NCBI RefSeq assembly: GCF_038025025.1
Contig: NW_027117338.1
Coordinates: 2,170,001 to 2,234,000, forward strand
Reading direction: 5' to 3'
DNA: 64,000 nucleotides
Source of the DNA: Phyllosticta citribraziliensis
Taxonomy: Eukaryota
In this document: one piece after another, positions 39,534-52,024 of the stretch
Numbering within the stretch: position 1 is the first letter of the stretch
How the letters are laid out: each line of letters starts with the position of its first letter
Position numbers and translations under genes: made by a program
Notes under the pieces: generated by a model
What the model was told of the DNA's origin: nothing
The model's input: only the letters and a program-made list of their open reading frames with translations
Database searches by the model: none

Positions 39534-40269
39534 TGCGATGGTGATGGTCAAAGGCGGTGGGTGTTGCAGAGCGGGCTGCAGGAGCGCCGATGACTCGCTT
39601 AGCCTTCCGACTGGACCCCTTGGCTCGTGCGCCCGCCGCGCTGCCGGTGCGTCTGTGCCCAACAATCTGACGACGTCACTGCAGGTGCGCTGCAGGTGGG
39701 CGTGGAAAAAGAAATTTGAGTACTTTTGTTTATTTGAGATTCTGGAGATGGATTCAACCAACATTTCACTGATCTGAATGTGTGTGGACTGCCAACTTAA
39801 CCTACGGCACTGCTCCACTAAAACTCTTGAGAAATAACTTGCGCCTCCGGCATACCTCTTTTCTCAGAAATACTGTCAAAGCTTATGGCAATTTCGCTGC
39901 GTCGTTTTTGTTGCTGGTCTTGTTGACGTGCCGGATGACTGATAGAGTGTTGCAGTCCAAATATTTCAAAGTCTTGGACGTGCCTTTGACGCATCCATGC
40001 TGCTACAAAGGATGCTGTGTTTGATCAGGAACGCTCCCCGTGTCTGCGAGGCAGACTATCCTATGTTCACAACACAGCCTTACTTTGTCTCACGTCACAT
40101 CAAAACGCGATACGTCCCACGGTCTGTGCATTAACCCGCGTCTCAAACCCGACCACTCGAGCTCGTTTATCCGGTTGTAGGCAGAATTTCCCGCCTGTTC
40201 CTCCTCAATCAGAAGACTTGTGAGATAGCACTACCATCCTTCATTCGCCGCCCGGATTTACAAAGAATT

Positions 40270-41276
40270 CTAAACCTTCCTTTTTGCATCCATCATGGCC
40301 CTGTAATTCTCAATGATGCTCTTCCGGGTTTCGCCCAGCTCTTCTCTCCTTCTCAAACTACCAGCAGCATTGGGTATATTGTCAACCTGGACCTTTGCGC
40401 CGTTCTTGACCTTGAACTTTTCCTTGGGTATAACGGTGAATGTGGGTGGTGCCTGTGCGACGTCGTGGAGACCTTTCGGGGCCTCTCTCTTGGACTTGAG
40501 CACAGCCCATGGGTCGTCTTCGTCTCCAACTTCGCCCAGTCTACGCTTGCGTTTCGATTTCTTCCCGGCACCCTGCGCGGCCAGCGGATCCGTCTTGTCT
40601 CCAAACATGGCATTGAGCTCGTCGTCCTCTTCTTCCGCTAGCTCCCGCCTTTCCTCCTCCGCATCCCGGAGCTCTTCCTCCTCCTCGCGCCACTTGCTTA
40701 TCTTCTTCTGAATCTTCTTCTCCAGCCTGGTTTGGGCACCCTTGAAGCCGTCGATGGTCTTTCCCTTGCGCGCAAGGCCAGAGACAGGCAGAGCCCTGTC
40801 AACGCGAGCAACAAAGTCGGACATTTTTTCACCTGGCATGATTTTGGGCGCCTCCTCAGTCTTTTTCGGCGGGGGCTGTGGCTGCTCGACGGCGGGCTGG
40901 CTACTGTTCAGCTTGCGCTTCTTGCCTCGCGGCGCATCGCCATTGTCTAGTCCCTTGAAGCCCTTGCCAGTTTGCGACAGCTTCATCAAGCGCGCAAACG
41001 CCTTTGGGGTGTCATCGGTGCCGTAACCCTCGATGCGCTTGGCTCTCTTTTTGTCGGTTTTCTTTTTCGTCTTGGATGCAAAGTTGTCGCTCAACGTGTT
41101 CGACTCGCGGACGGAAAGCGGTTTCGCGCGGGCGCTGGGAGCAAGGTCATAGCTGTCATGGTCGAGCGTGATCAGCAAGCGGCGGGAATAAGGAAGGAGT
41201 GGTAGCAGGAAAAGGATTGGCATGGGACTTACGCCGCGTCTTCGACAGGGCCCTTGCGCTTGTGCTTGTGAGGCAT
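40270..41276 (-). CDS. Conserved Lys/Glu-rich nuclear protein (UPF0653-like)
   Basis: Exon 1 MPHKHKRKGPVEDA, an intron, then YDLAP...DDTPKAFARLM...KIMPGEKMSDFVARVDRALP...LHDVAQAPP...RREELGETRKSIIENYRAMM. Confidence 0.8.
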
Positions 41277-42179
41277 GGAGGCGTAGACGGCTAGGTTGGT
41301 GTATTCCAGCAACGTGGGAGAACGGTGGGCTGAACGGTCGGAGACGACAAGAATGTCATGCGCGAGCCTCAATGTGAGTGAAAGAAGAAGCGCGCCGGGC
41401 CTTTGGCCGAGCCGGAGAGGTGTGGCGGGGGCCCGTGCCACAAAGCTTGGCCTGGCAGGGGCGCGTTGACCAACGAACTGCGCAGCCGGCGAGGCGTGCT
41501 GGACCTCATCCTGACGACAACCCATCATGGCATGCGCCCACAGCCAGACATGAGCCCAAGTCGAGGCACGTTGCGACTGACGTTGTGTGTCGCCCGGCGC
41601 ACCTGATCTTCGTCCTCGCTGCCATGCTGCCCGCCCATCGGCTCGACCGCCAGCAGCTTCAACCGATTTAACACGGCCCGGCGTGCCTCTGATTCTGTCC
41701 TGGCCTGGCACCCCACGTCCACTTTGACTCCAAATTCAAGCATTCGACTACCCGGCGCGTGGCTTTTGTTCCATCCACGAGCCGTCTGCTTACACTTGGA
41801 AAAAAAAAGCGCAAAGAGGACCATCCGTCGTGCCAGAACAATCTCGGCCCGCCACGACTACCGTCTGGTACAAGCCCTTCGTCCCACGAGCGTCGGACCA
41901 ACCCTCCAGGGACAAGCTACATGACTTGCGCCTGTCTGTCACGGCTAGAAAGCAGGTGCGTTTCAATCAATTTCTTAAATACCTGACGTCTTTGCTGGCT
42001 TCACTCTCTCCGCTGGACCCTTCTGATCTACCGTCCTCGCTCGCTACCATATCCATCTCATCCCTGACCCCCGCCTTGGCCTCTGATTGGTCGTCTCTGG
42101 CCATGCCCTCGTCCTCTTAACCCACGGTCCTGACGCTTCTGCCTTGATACCTCCCTTCAACATTACCTCTCCTTCCAAA

Positions 42180-43642
42180 ATGTCTTCCGAGACAAAGATC
42201 ACCTATGCTGAGACTTTTGTCCACATCAGAGACGAGGGCATGCCGCCTGCTTGGCGAAGGCTCTTCATGTCTGCTCAGGCCCGGCGCAAGTGGGCCGCTG
42301 AAGAAGCCGCGCGATGCGAAGACCCGTCAAGCGTTACACTGCTTGGGGAGGTTCCAACTCATAAGTCATACAGGCTCGATCATGGCCCCTGGTCTGCATT
42401 CAAGCTGCCGCCATGGGCAAGAACGTCAAGACAAATTGTTATAGGCATTGTCGTCCTTACGCTTTCCTTGTTGTGAGTGCTCCTCTACCGCGCTGGTCAA
42501 AACTATTTGCTAATTTGATTAGTGGTGTGGTGCATCTCACAAACGTACTCATCAACCTGGGCCCCCTCCTATGGGACTCTCACATGCCTGGCTTTCTTCC
42601 TCATTGGGGAGAGCCAGGATACTACGGCGATGGTCTTGGATATCCGACCAATGTCACCCGAGATGTCCAACCGATTCCGTGTCACTCCCACAACGATTAT
42701 TGGCGACGAGTGCCCCTTTTCGATGCGCTTCACTACGGCTGCATCGGGGTCGAAGCAGATGTCTGGCTCTTTCCCTCAACCAACCACGCGACCACTGAAC
42801 CGGAGCTCTATGTTGGCCACAATACTGCTGCACTTACGCCAAACCGCACGTTCCGCAACCTTTATCTCAACCCAATCCTCGACATTCTCGACCGCGCAAA
42901 TGCTCCCGAAACGTTGCTGGTCTCCAATTCAAGTGCAGCTGTTCCTCGCAACGGCGTGTGGGACGAAGATCCGCGCCAAACGCTCGTCTTGCTAGTCGAC
43001 TTCAAAACGGATGGCCCTAAACTCTGGCCTGTCGTATCCGAACAGCTAGAAACGCTCCGTTCGCGTGGCTACCTTAGCCACTGGAACGGACACGACTTTG
43101 TCGAGGGCCCCGTCACCATCGTAGCCACCGGCAACGCCCCGTTCGATCTCATCATCGCTAACGCGACATACCGCGACATTTTCTTCGACGCGCCACTATC
43201 CCTCATGTACGAAGACCCTGACCCAGCGTCTGGGGCGCAGCAGTCCATCGGTGGCGCGGACGACCAAGCGCTAGACACGATTCTTGCCGCATCCGGTCAA
43301 GGCAACACTGGACTACCCCCTAACGTCACGGCAGCCACCTTTGATCGCTCCAACTCGTATTACGCCTCGACCCAGTTCAGCAAGACGATCGGACGCTCGC
43401 CGATCCTGCGAGGCGGCCGAATGTCTGCCGAGCAGTTGCGGCTGCTCAGAGGCCAGATCAAAGGTTCGCAGAGGAGGGGCTTGAAGTCCAGGTACTGGGG
43501 CACGCCGGGCTGGCCTATCGGCGTGCGCAACGTCGTATGGAAGACACTGGTTGCCGAGGGTGCTGACATCCTGAATGTGGATGATCTGCGCGCTGCAACG
43601 CAGTGGGACTGGAGTCAGAGACGGCACAGGCCTTGGATATGA
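42180..43642 (+). CDS. AIM6: Aim6-family PLC-like phosphodiesterase, type II membrane protein
   Basis: PCHSHNDYWRRVPLFDALHYGCIGVEADVW, LYVGH, QTLVLLVDFKT and RYWGTP. An N-terminal TM segment spans the intron at about 42473-42522. Confidence 0.85.
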
Positions 43643-43852
43643 TTTTTGCTTGAGCCTACAGAGATCAAGGGCGTATCGGTAAAGGGCAGGCTGTCGTTTG
43701 TTTTTTTGGTCACTTGAGATACCAGATTCCCCGTTGGGTTTGCAAGATTTCGTAGCGTTTCTCGGGAGTACCCTCACATAGACTCTTTCCAAATTTCATC
43801 AAACCCCTCAAAAGTCTCTACAGCTGCACACCTGGGTATCAATGGCCTTGGT

Positions 43853-44968
43853 TTACTTCAAACACAACAACGCTCCCTCGCCAAACTCCCTTTCAACACT
43901 CCCCTCCCTTTTGATCATCCTGCCCAGCCAACTTCGCGCTCCCTCCACAGTCTTTGCCCCGACCTTCACCAACACCGAGCCCCGAACGTTCGCCGCAGTC
44001 CACAACACACCGTCATCTGCTTCCTGTCTCAAGCGATCTGCGCGCCATATCTCCTGTTTGGAGAGCTCCGACTGGGAGTCTTCTGGCGCGGCCGCAGCAG
44101 CGCCCGAACTCCACGTCTTTGCCCCTATTCGCGGGAGAGCGGCAAACTCGTCCATAAAAAACGCACCCAACGCCACAAAGACCGGGCCACAGAGGACCAG
44201 CGTGCCGACGGCCGCAAGCCCATCCATGCGGCCCAAGACGTCGCCGGCGGTAGTGACGCTGCCACCCTCAACGCCATTGTGCAACATTATGTTGTCGCGG
44301 ACGAGCAAGCGATCCTTTGCCTTCGGCCGAGCGGGCGCATTGTCCTGGGAAGCAGAAGAGGACGGAGTCAGGTAGACCTCGTTGCGCGAGACGTAGCTCC
44401 AGAAGCCCCAGTGCTCGCCCCGCGCGCCGCGACCCTCACTCACCCAGTCCAGCGCGCAGAGGCTTGCTGCTGGCTGGTTTGCACTGCCTTCTGCAGACGA
44501 GTCGATAGCCAGCCTGTACCTTTGTATCTGAGTAAAGCTGCTTTCGCTAAAGGGTTGCACTGGGTCGGGTAGATAGCAGAGCGCTGCACCGGGCGCAAGA
44601 TCTACCGTCGTCGTTTGCCCTGCGCGATGCTCCGACGCGGAAGACGGTGCTTTGAAGATCTTGGTACTGCCCTGCGTCAGCAAGACCAGCCGCGTTGTAG
44701 GTGCGAGTTTTATGTGAAGGTCGATGGTGTCGCCGGCGACCAGGCCGCCGCCATACGTGAGCAGGAAGACAGTTTGCACGCTCGTTTGGGCATCTTTGTT
44801 CGACGAGGCCGTTCCTTGAATGTTGATGGGCTCTGGCGCAATGAGCTTGAGGGGATACTGGTATGAGAGGGTCTTGAGGACGGGAGTGGAGGGTGGGAGT
44901 AGAGCTAGATCGATTTCGCCGCGGCCTGGGTGGGAGGTTGAGGGCGCGAAGGGATTGCTGTAGGCCAT
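43853..44968 (-). CDS. ureD: Urease accessory protein UreD
   Basis: YQYPLKLI, LLTYGGGLVAGD, LLTQGSTKIFK, YLPDPVQPF and DWVSEGRGARGEHW; intronless. Confidence 0.93.
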   Translation of the reverse strand: MAYSNPFAPSTSHPGRGEIDLALLPPSTPVLKTLSYQYPLKLIAPEPINIQGTASSNKDAQTSVQTVFLLTYGGGLVAGDTIDLHIKLAPTTRLVLLTQGSTKIFKAPSSASEHRAGQTTTVDLAPGAALCYLPDPVQPFSESSFTQIQRYRLAIDSSAEGSANQPAASLCALDWVSEGRGARGEHWGFWSYVSRNEVYLTPSSSASQDNAPARPKAKDRLLVRDNIMLHNGVEGGSVTTAGDVLGRMDGLAAVGTLVLCGPVFVALGAFFMDEFAALPRIGAKTWSSGAAAAAPEDSQSELSKQEIWRADRLRQEADDGVLWTAANVRGSVLVKVGAKTVEGARSWLGRMIKREGSVEREFGEGALLCLK

Positions 44969-45039
44969 GGTCTGGACGTTCCTGTGTCAACTCATGATTG
45001 TTGATGAGTCGAGAGACAATTCAATGTTTATCTCCAGCC

Positions 45040-45440
45040 AGGAAGCGCGTTTGGGGGAGCTTTGACAGAGGGGCAGCAGCCCATTGTCCAATGACGCGGG
45101 GTAGATAGACGTGGCCGTTTGACACGCGCGTTTGCCGGTTCCGAGCGGCATTGAGTTGTCGCGGCAGGCTTCCAACGGCCTGAGCGCGGCACACAGGACG
45201 ACCGAGCGCTCCAAGCACCTCCGCCGCCCTCGCCAGCAAACGCGTCCCTCCGATTCACCGCGAACATAACCCACCACCGGCGGCTGTCGCGCCTCGCATC
45301 CTTCAACCGAACTCGCGCAACATAGCGAGTCCCAAGCTTGTCTTTACTGTCCGCTGACCCCCGCCGCTCGTCTCGTTCAGCTCAGCGGCCAGTATCCTCT
45401 CTCCCAACGCGTCGGCTAAGACACCTTTCTCGCGAATCGG
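45040..45440. promoter_or_regulatory. Cluster of MCB/SCB-like elements in the ureD-SCC3 divergent promoter
   Basis: ACGCGT at 45240-45245 and 45407-45412, ACGCGCGT at 45124-45131, ACGCG at 45094, CGCGT at 45046 and TCGCGAA at 45430. Confidence 0.55.
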
Positions 45441-45494
45441 TTTGCGCCCGGAAACTCGACGCAGCCAACCGTCCACAGCTCCTCTCCCGGTTCG

Positions 45495-48400
45495 ATGCCA
45501 GCGCGTCTCTCCAGCATGGAGCCCTCTTCGCCCGAAGTCGACGCGCAAGCCCCAGCTGACTCCACCGCCGACTCCACCGCCGCGGGCAGTCGCCGCAAGT
45601 CCGGACGCGTGACTAAGAAGCCCGATACAATTTACTCTTCTGCGCCTGCGCCCACCAAGCGCAAGCGCAACCAAGCTGACGAGGACGATGATGATGAAGG
45701 CGCCAATGCAGACGACGCGGTGGACGACGACGCCGACGAGGAAGAAGACGAGGAGAGCAGCGAGGACGAGCCAGACGAGGAGGAGATTCGTGAAAAGAAA
45801 CGAAAGAAGGTCGTCGCTCGAAAGACCAAGCCGCAAAAGAAGCCCGCTGCGAAAAAGAGCAAGCCTAACGGAGAGCTTAGCCTGGCGATAAGGCCAGCCG
45901 GCAAACCAAAGAAGGCGAAAAAGCCGCGCCCAAGCAAGATTGCGGCTGCTGAGGAAGTTGGTGGTCTCTATGGTATGCTGCCGAGCAAAGACGTGGTTGC
46001 GCTGGTGCTGACTGTCTGATTTAGCTGATATCTTTGCGAGCGGGGACAACCTTAACGATGTGGCGGCGCGGTGGTTGCACCGGTTCAACGATCACAACTC
46101 GCGCGAGCTTGCGGAGCTGATAAACTTCGTCCTCAGATGCGCCGGATGCGATTCCAAGGTCGACGACCACGACATGGAGGACCCCGACAATTGTGATAGT
46201 AAGCTAAATGACATACAAGAGGAATACCAAGCTGTGAGTAAGATAGCCCACAGGTGAGGTTCTGGTCTGACAGTACTAGCAAAACAACGTCGACTATCCA
46301 TTGATCGCAAAAGGCAGAGGTACCGCAAACTTCCGCCACAACATGGTCGGCTTCTTCAGCTCACTTGTCGAAACACTGGCCGAGTCCGAAATGCTGTACA
46401 ACAGCCCTGAGATCATGGAGAATATCCACATTTGGCTCAGCACCATGTCTTCGGGCAAGAGCCGGCCTTTTCGTCACACCGCGACCGCCATTTCCACTGC
46501 CATCATCAGCGCGCTTTGTGAAGTGGGAAAGAAACTCGTCGAGAAGAATTCCAGGGCGATACGCCAGAAGGAATCCGAGGCCAGGCGCAATAAGAACAAC
46601 AAAGGTAGAGTGGCGGAGCTTGATCAGAAGAGCAAGCAGGCGATTGAGCAACAAGAGAAACTGGAGGCCATAATTAGAGATTGGTTCGACACCGTCTTTG
46701 TCCACCGTTACCGCGACGTTGATCCAAGGATACGATTGGAGTGCGTCCAGGGTCTGAGCGACTGGATCAATACTTTCCCCGACCTCTTCTTCGATGGCAA
46801 CCATATTCGATACCTTGGCTGGGTTCTCTCAGATGTGTCAGCCGCCACAAGATTGGAGGTAGTGAAGCAGTTGCAAGGGCTGTTCAAGGACGCCGATAAA
46901 CTTGGTGGTCTAAAGACCTTTACGGAGAGGTTCCGCCCGAGGATGGTAGAGATGGCTACTCAGGACGCAGATCCCAGCGTCCGCGCCGCGACCGTCGAAC
47001 TGCTCCACACCCTTCTAGAAGTCGGCCTTCTCGAGCCTTCCGATATCGACAGCATCGGTCGCCTGATATTCGATGTTGAGCCACGCGTGAGGAAAGCCGT
47101 GGTGGGATTCGTGGGATCCAACATCGATGTTATGTACGATGCCAACGTGGACGAGCTGGGGGGACAAGAGGCCCTGGATGAGGCTTTGGTCACAGTCGAC
47201 AACGATGACGACTTTGAGAACCCAAGACTTGAGTGGCTGAGGCTCAAATCATTGGTAGAAAACTTACAAGTCTACGATGAGAGCGACGAAAGCCTCCCCA
47301 GCCAGATCGATCGATTCGCCAACAGTCATGTTATGGTCGCTGCCGGAGTAGAATCCCGCATCCAAATCGCCGCCGAAGCTCTCTACGATACGTTGCCTGA
47401 GCTCAAGAAGTGGGAAGTCATTGCCGGATATCTTCTGTATGATCATTCCCAGACCTCAGGTGGTGCCCAAACCAATGGCGCAACAGATGACCCTGAGGCT
47501 GCATTCAAGCTCCTGTGCAAGCTCAATGAGAAGGAAGAGATTATTCTGCTCGACATCTTGAATGCGTCGGTAAAGATGCGTTTGACGCACACGGTGGAAG
47601 CCGGAAAGCCTCACAACCAAAAGTCCAAGCTCACCAAGGCGCAAAAGGAAAGCTTGCAGGAGGACCAAGAAGTTGCCGCTCGACACCTGGCCGTTTTGAT
47701 ACCACAACTGCTCAACAAGTTTGGCGCGGTGCCCGACGCGACCTCTGCAGTCCTTCGTTTGGAGCACGTTCTCAACCTCGAGGTATTCCAGGAGCTGCGC
47801 CAGGATAGCACGACATACAGTAAACTTCTGGACGACATCAACAAGCAGTTCATGAGCCACGGCAACGAAGCAGTCCTAGTAGAGGCAAGTCGAGCGCTCC
47901 TGCACGCGAAGAGCTATGAAGAACTCGCCGAAATCACCGAAGGAAAACTGCAGGTATTGTGGGAAGACACCGTGGCAGCGCTTCATGCCTTGCACAAGGG
48001 CAAGCCTCTTTCACGAAGAGGCAATCTCAGCGACAATGTTCTCTCTGCCGTTTCCAACACCGTTCTTCGCATATCGAAACTCGCGAGCATATCCGACTGC
48101 GTCGAACCCCTCGAAGCACCACCCTCGATTTCACCGAAGAAGACCAAACGCAATAGCAGCAACACCGCCGAAGCCTCCGACGCCATCACAATCCTCATTG
48201 ATCTTGTCCGTCGCGGCGTGCCCAACTCTGACACTTCTGCCGCTCAATCAGCCACTGAAGACGTTATTGCTGTCAATGCAGCCCAATCCCTTTTGTTCTA
48301 TTTTCTGTGGAAGATACGTTACTGGGAGGCTCTTGTGAAGGATCCCTCCATTGGCTCCGTCCCAGACGATGATGTTGAAGCTATTGCCCTCCGTCGAGAC

Positions 48401-49399
48401 GCGTTCATTTCCGCTCTCGACGAAGTCCTCCGTAAACGCCAGGGTGCAGATGAAGTCCGCCTCACGGCAGCAGGAATCATGCTCGACTTATTCACGGCTT
48501 TCTCCTCGCTCAGATCCGCGCGCGCTGCCAGAGACGAGAAGCGCGACGCAGAGAGGCAAAAGAGAGAGAATGCCCAGACCAATGGCAACGGCGACCATGC
48601 AGCTGCGCAGCAAGATGAAACCCAGTACAATGACGACTTCTTAGCGCTTGTCTTGCGCATGCCAAACCCAAAACAGAAAGTCCTGCTCCAGATCCTCGGC
48701 GCCGCCGAACGTGCTTTCGCTAAGAAGGCAGGCAAAAGCCTTTTCGGTCCTGCCGCGGATGACGAGCCTGATGACATCGAGGACGAGCCCGAATCGAGTG
48801 AGGAGGAGTCTGACGCCGAAGACGAGTCTGAGCAGAGGCAAATGATCAAAGCAGGCGAAGCACTGCTAGCGGAACAGCGTCTGTGCGAACTGGCAGCCAA
48901 AATCGTCCTTGCCATCGTGGCTGGTGTTTTGGACGGCAAGCCGTCAGAGAACGGCTTGGACAACGAGTGGTCAGATGACAACGACGAAATCGGCGACGCT
49001 GGATACAACACGAATGGACCCATTCGCCGCCGTTTGGAGCGAAACAAGAACCGCTTGGGCAACAACTTCAAAGAAGTCGTGGCGTATCTGGAGGCGGGTC
49101 ACGGCGAGAAAAGCAAAAAGTCATCGGCGGCCAGCAAGAGCAGAGCCAAGAGCAGAGCGGCAAGCAGTGCTCCCCCCAACGCTGGACGAAGCGGTCAGAC
49201 GAAGCAGCAACCTGCTGCGAAGAGCGCCGAGATTGTCGTCAGCGAAGACGAAGACGACGACGAGGCCGACAGGGAGAGGGAGGAAGAAGAGACGCGACAG
49301 CGCGAGCTGGAGGTCCACGAAGACGAGGAGATGGCGGACGACGGCCCAGAGGGCGACGGCGAGCGCGAAGGCGAGCAAGAAAGCGTGCTGGGTGATTGA
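45495..49399 (+). CDS. SCC3: Cohesin subunit Scc3/Irr1/Psc3 (STAG domain)
   Basis: ELINFVLRCAGC, RPFRHTAT, FDTVFVHRYRDVDPRIRLECVQGLSDWI, YLGWVLSD and FTERFRPRMVEMA, with acidic/basic termini. Two short introns near 45973-46024 and 46235-46279. Confidence 0.95.
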
Positions 49400-50674
49400 G
49401 CGCACGTACATATCAGGTAGGTTAGCAGGGTCTTAATTCGGGCATGGCAGAAGGCGCACGTACAGCGAGCGGGGCGGATCGGACAGTCAAGGACACCTCT
49501 GGCGTTTTTTCACTCTGCGGCGGATCTCTTCGTTTCCTTTCCATACTCTTCTTTGCTTGGTACCGCAAATCTTCTTGAGCGGGACATCGGAATGAGTTTT
49601 TCACGCGACGCGGGGCTGCTGCTGTTGCATCTTCAGACAACAGAGTCGAGCAGCCCAAACGTCAATGGATCCAAATCATTTCCCCCTTCAGCCTTGTCTT
49701 TTCTTTTCTGTGTGCTTACTTATGTGTGTATTCCCTTGTATTGCGTACGTGTTGCAACAGTTTGAGGTAGCTCCGCTGACTGCGAGGTGCGTGGTCACAG
49801 ATAATCATCTCCTATCAACAGTCGTGCGGCTCAACTTCGTGAGCAGAAAGTTTCTTGAGCGTATTCATCCTGCTTCCATGACACCCGCCTTGCACATCTC
49901 ACTTGCGCATCGCAAGCCAACAAGAGAATCGACAGAATTGTCTCTACCAACACATCTCCCTCCCTTTCCATGTCAAGCAGAAGGTGACCTCGACCTCACA
50001 ACTACAAGAACAACACCAACAACCCCGTCGCCCTCTTTGCTCTCTCCCAGGTCGTCGTCCCTTTGCATTTCTACACCGACGACGGAACCAAAAATGATGC
50101 ACAAGGCAGTCCACTCAGCAAAACGACCCAAAACCAGCCCCTCACCGCCAACGCAAAAGAAGAGGAATCGAACTCGGGTCTCCAGACGTTTCGGCACCAT
50201 GCACCTGCCTCTCGGGCTGCGTGCACCGGCGGGCTGCGTGAAAATCTGGCATGCTGTGCCACTACACCACGATGGATGGAGAGACTGGTTCGTTGTTGGA
50301 GAGGGGCTCGGAGAAAAGGTATTAAAAGTTGAGCGAGTGAGCCATTAGAGGCACCAGAGACGTCGAGGGGAGAGCGCAGGAGAGCGTGGAGACGATGTTG
50401 GGAAAAGTTGGACGGAGTCGCCTGTGAGTCATGTTTACTCTAAGGAATGTATTTACAGTATATGTACGTAAGTGTGTGAAAACACAAGAACAGTTTGCTA
50501 GCCCGTCCGTCTACCCTATAGCCCTGTCGAGCCGGATATCCCATCCAAAACAACTCAACACAAGAGCGATGCGTATTTACAGTCGGTCACTTCTCCCTCC
50601 GTTACGACGTTATCTACAAAGACGAAGTCTTGATCATCTACCGATCCAGTCATCCAATGGCTGACATTAGATGC

Positions 50675-52024
50675 CTACGCTGTGGCCCCGTTGCCGCCAA
50701 CGGTGACTGTAAACTTCTTTGGGGCGCCGTACACAGCGCCGCTCTGGTCGGAACCGCCGCTGGGCGCGACATCGTCGTACGGGAACGCGTAGCCTCTCTT
50801 GTCGAGGTTCGCAGCGTGGACGATGCGGGAGTAGTGGTTCGTGACAGAGTTGGTGTAGTAGTTGCTGGTGCTGGCCGCAGGCGTTTTGGTGTCGACAAGG
50901 AACGTACTGCGATTGAAGGCTGCGGCCAGGCGCGGGATAATGGCGTTGCGCTCGGCGGAGCCAGAAGGATTGGCGAAAGGGCCGGTGGAGTTGCTGTGAA
51001 GAGGTTAGTTTTGTGCGTTGACATGAATGAATTCGTTCCCATACCTGAAAATGTCGGCGGCAGAGGGTTTGGCAAAGGTCTGGGATCCAACAGTCAAGAC
51101 GCCGTTGGTGACTTTGCCGGCGAGAACGCCGTAGCTGGCTTGGGTATCGACCTGGAGGGTGTCTGACGAGTACTTGTTCCAGACGGCGTTGACATAAGAG
51201 TCGTAGTATCCCTTGAAGAGAGAGTTGTTGGTAATGATGCCGTCGTTGGGAGACAGAGCTCGTAGGTTGCTTCCATCGGACGCCTTTACGATGAGGCTGG
51301 ACCAGCCTTGACCATCAGATGCACTTTGTGCCCGCAGGTTGGAGCATACAGTGTTAAGACCGTTTTGGTCCATGCCAGCGACATGCGATTTGGCCCCAGA
51401 CGTATTCTCGAAGTCCAAGGCGATTGGAATGGAAACAAAATCAACATAGGTGATGTTGGCATACAGCTCGGTGGTGTTCCACGTGAATTCGGCAAAGTCC
51501 CAGCGCTTTTTGATGCTGGGGTCCGTGGGATTGGTAACGGAGGGCTCGACCAGGGCTGGACCCGGGTTGAGCAAGAAAGTCAGTTCCTCGCCGATGCAAA
51601 ACCAAATGCGTGCGCCGGCCAAGTGTGGAATGGTCACAGTGGTCGTGCTTCCCGGAGCGCCAAGCCGAATTGAGCAGTTTTGACTGAGGGGAGTCTGTGT
51701 TTTCGACGGAGAGGTTGGATAGTACCCCGTCTTGCCGTCTGACTGGAGTAAAAAGAGAGCGTTGTTGTTGTCGAGGGCTCTCCCAGTAATGTAGGCATAC
51801 ACAGTGCTCGAGTTGGTTTTGTTGACAATGCCAATGTCCAAGGTAGTAGCAGTAGCGTTGGCCATGTTGGGCTTATTGGAAAGATTTACTGCGGGTGCGT
51901 CCTGCTTTTCGCTTGGATTCGCTGGTGGAGGACGATTGCCGGGAACGGGTGGAACCTTGGCTAGCTTCTTGGATGAATTCTCGAAACGTTCAAGTAGCTT
52001 CTTGACTGTGTTGCGTGCTGGCAT
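50675..52024 (-). CDS. Glycoside hydrolase family 64 beta-1,3-glucanase
   Basis: GARIWFC, PGPALVEPSVTNPTDP, WDFAEFT, YANITYVDFVSIP, IIPRLAAAFNRS, NHYSRIVH and GYAFPYDDV. Intron 50994-51044; alternative ATG at 51865. Confidence 0.9.
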
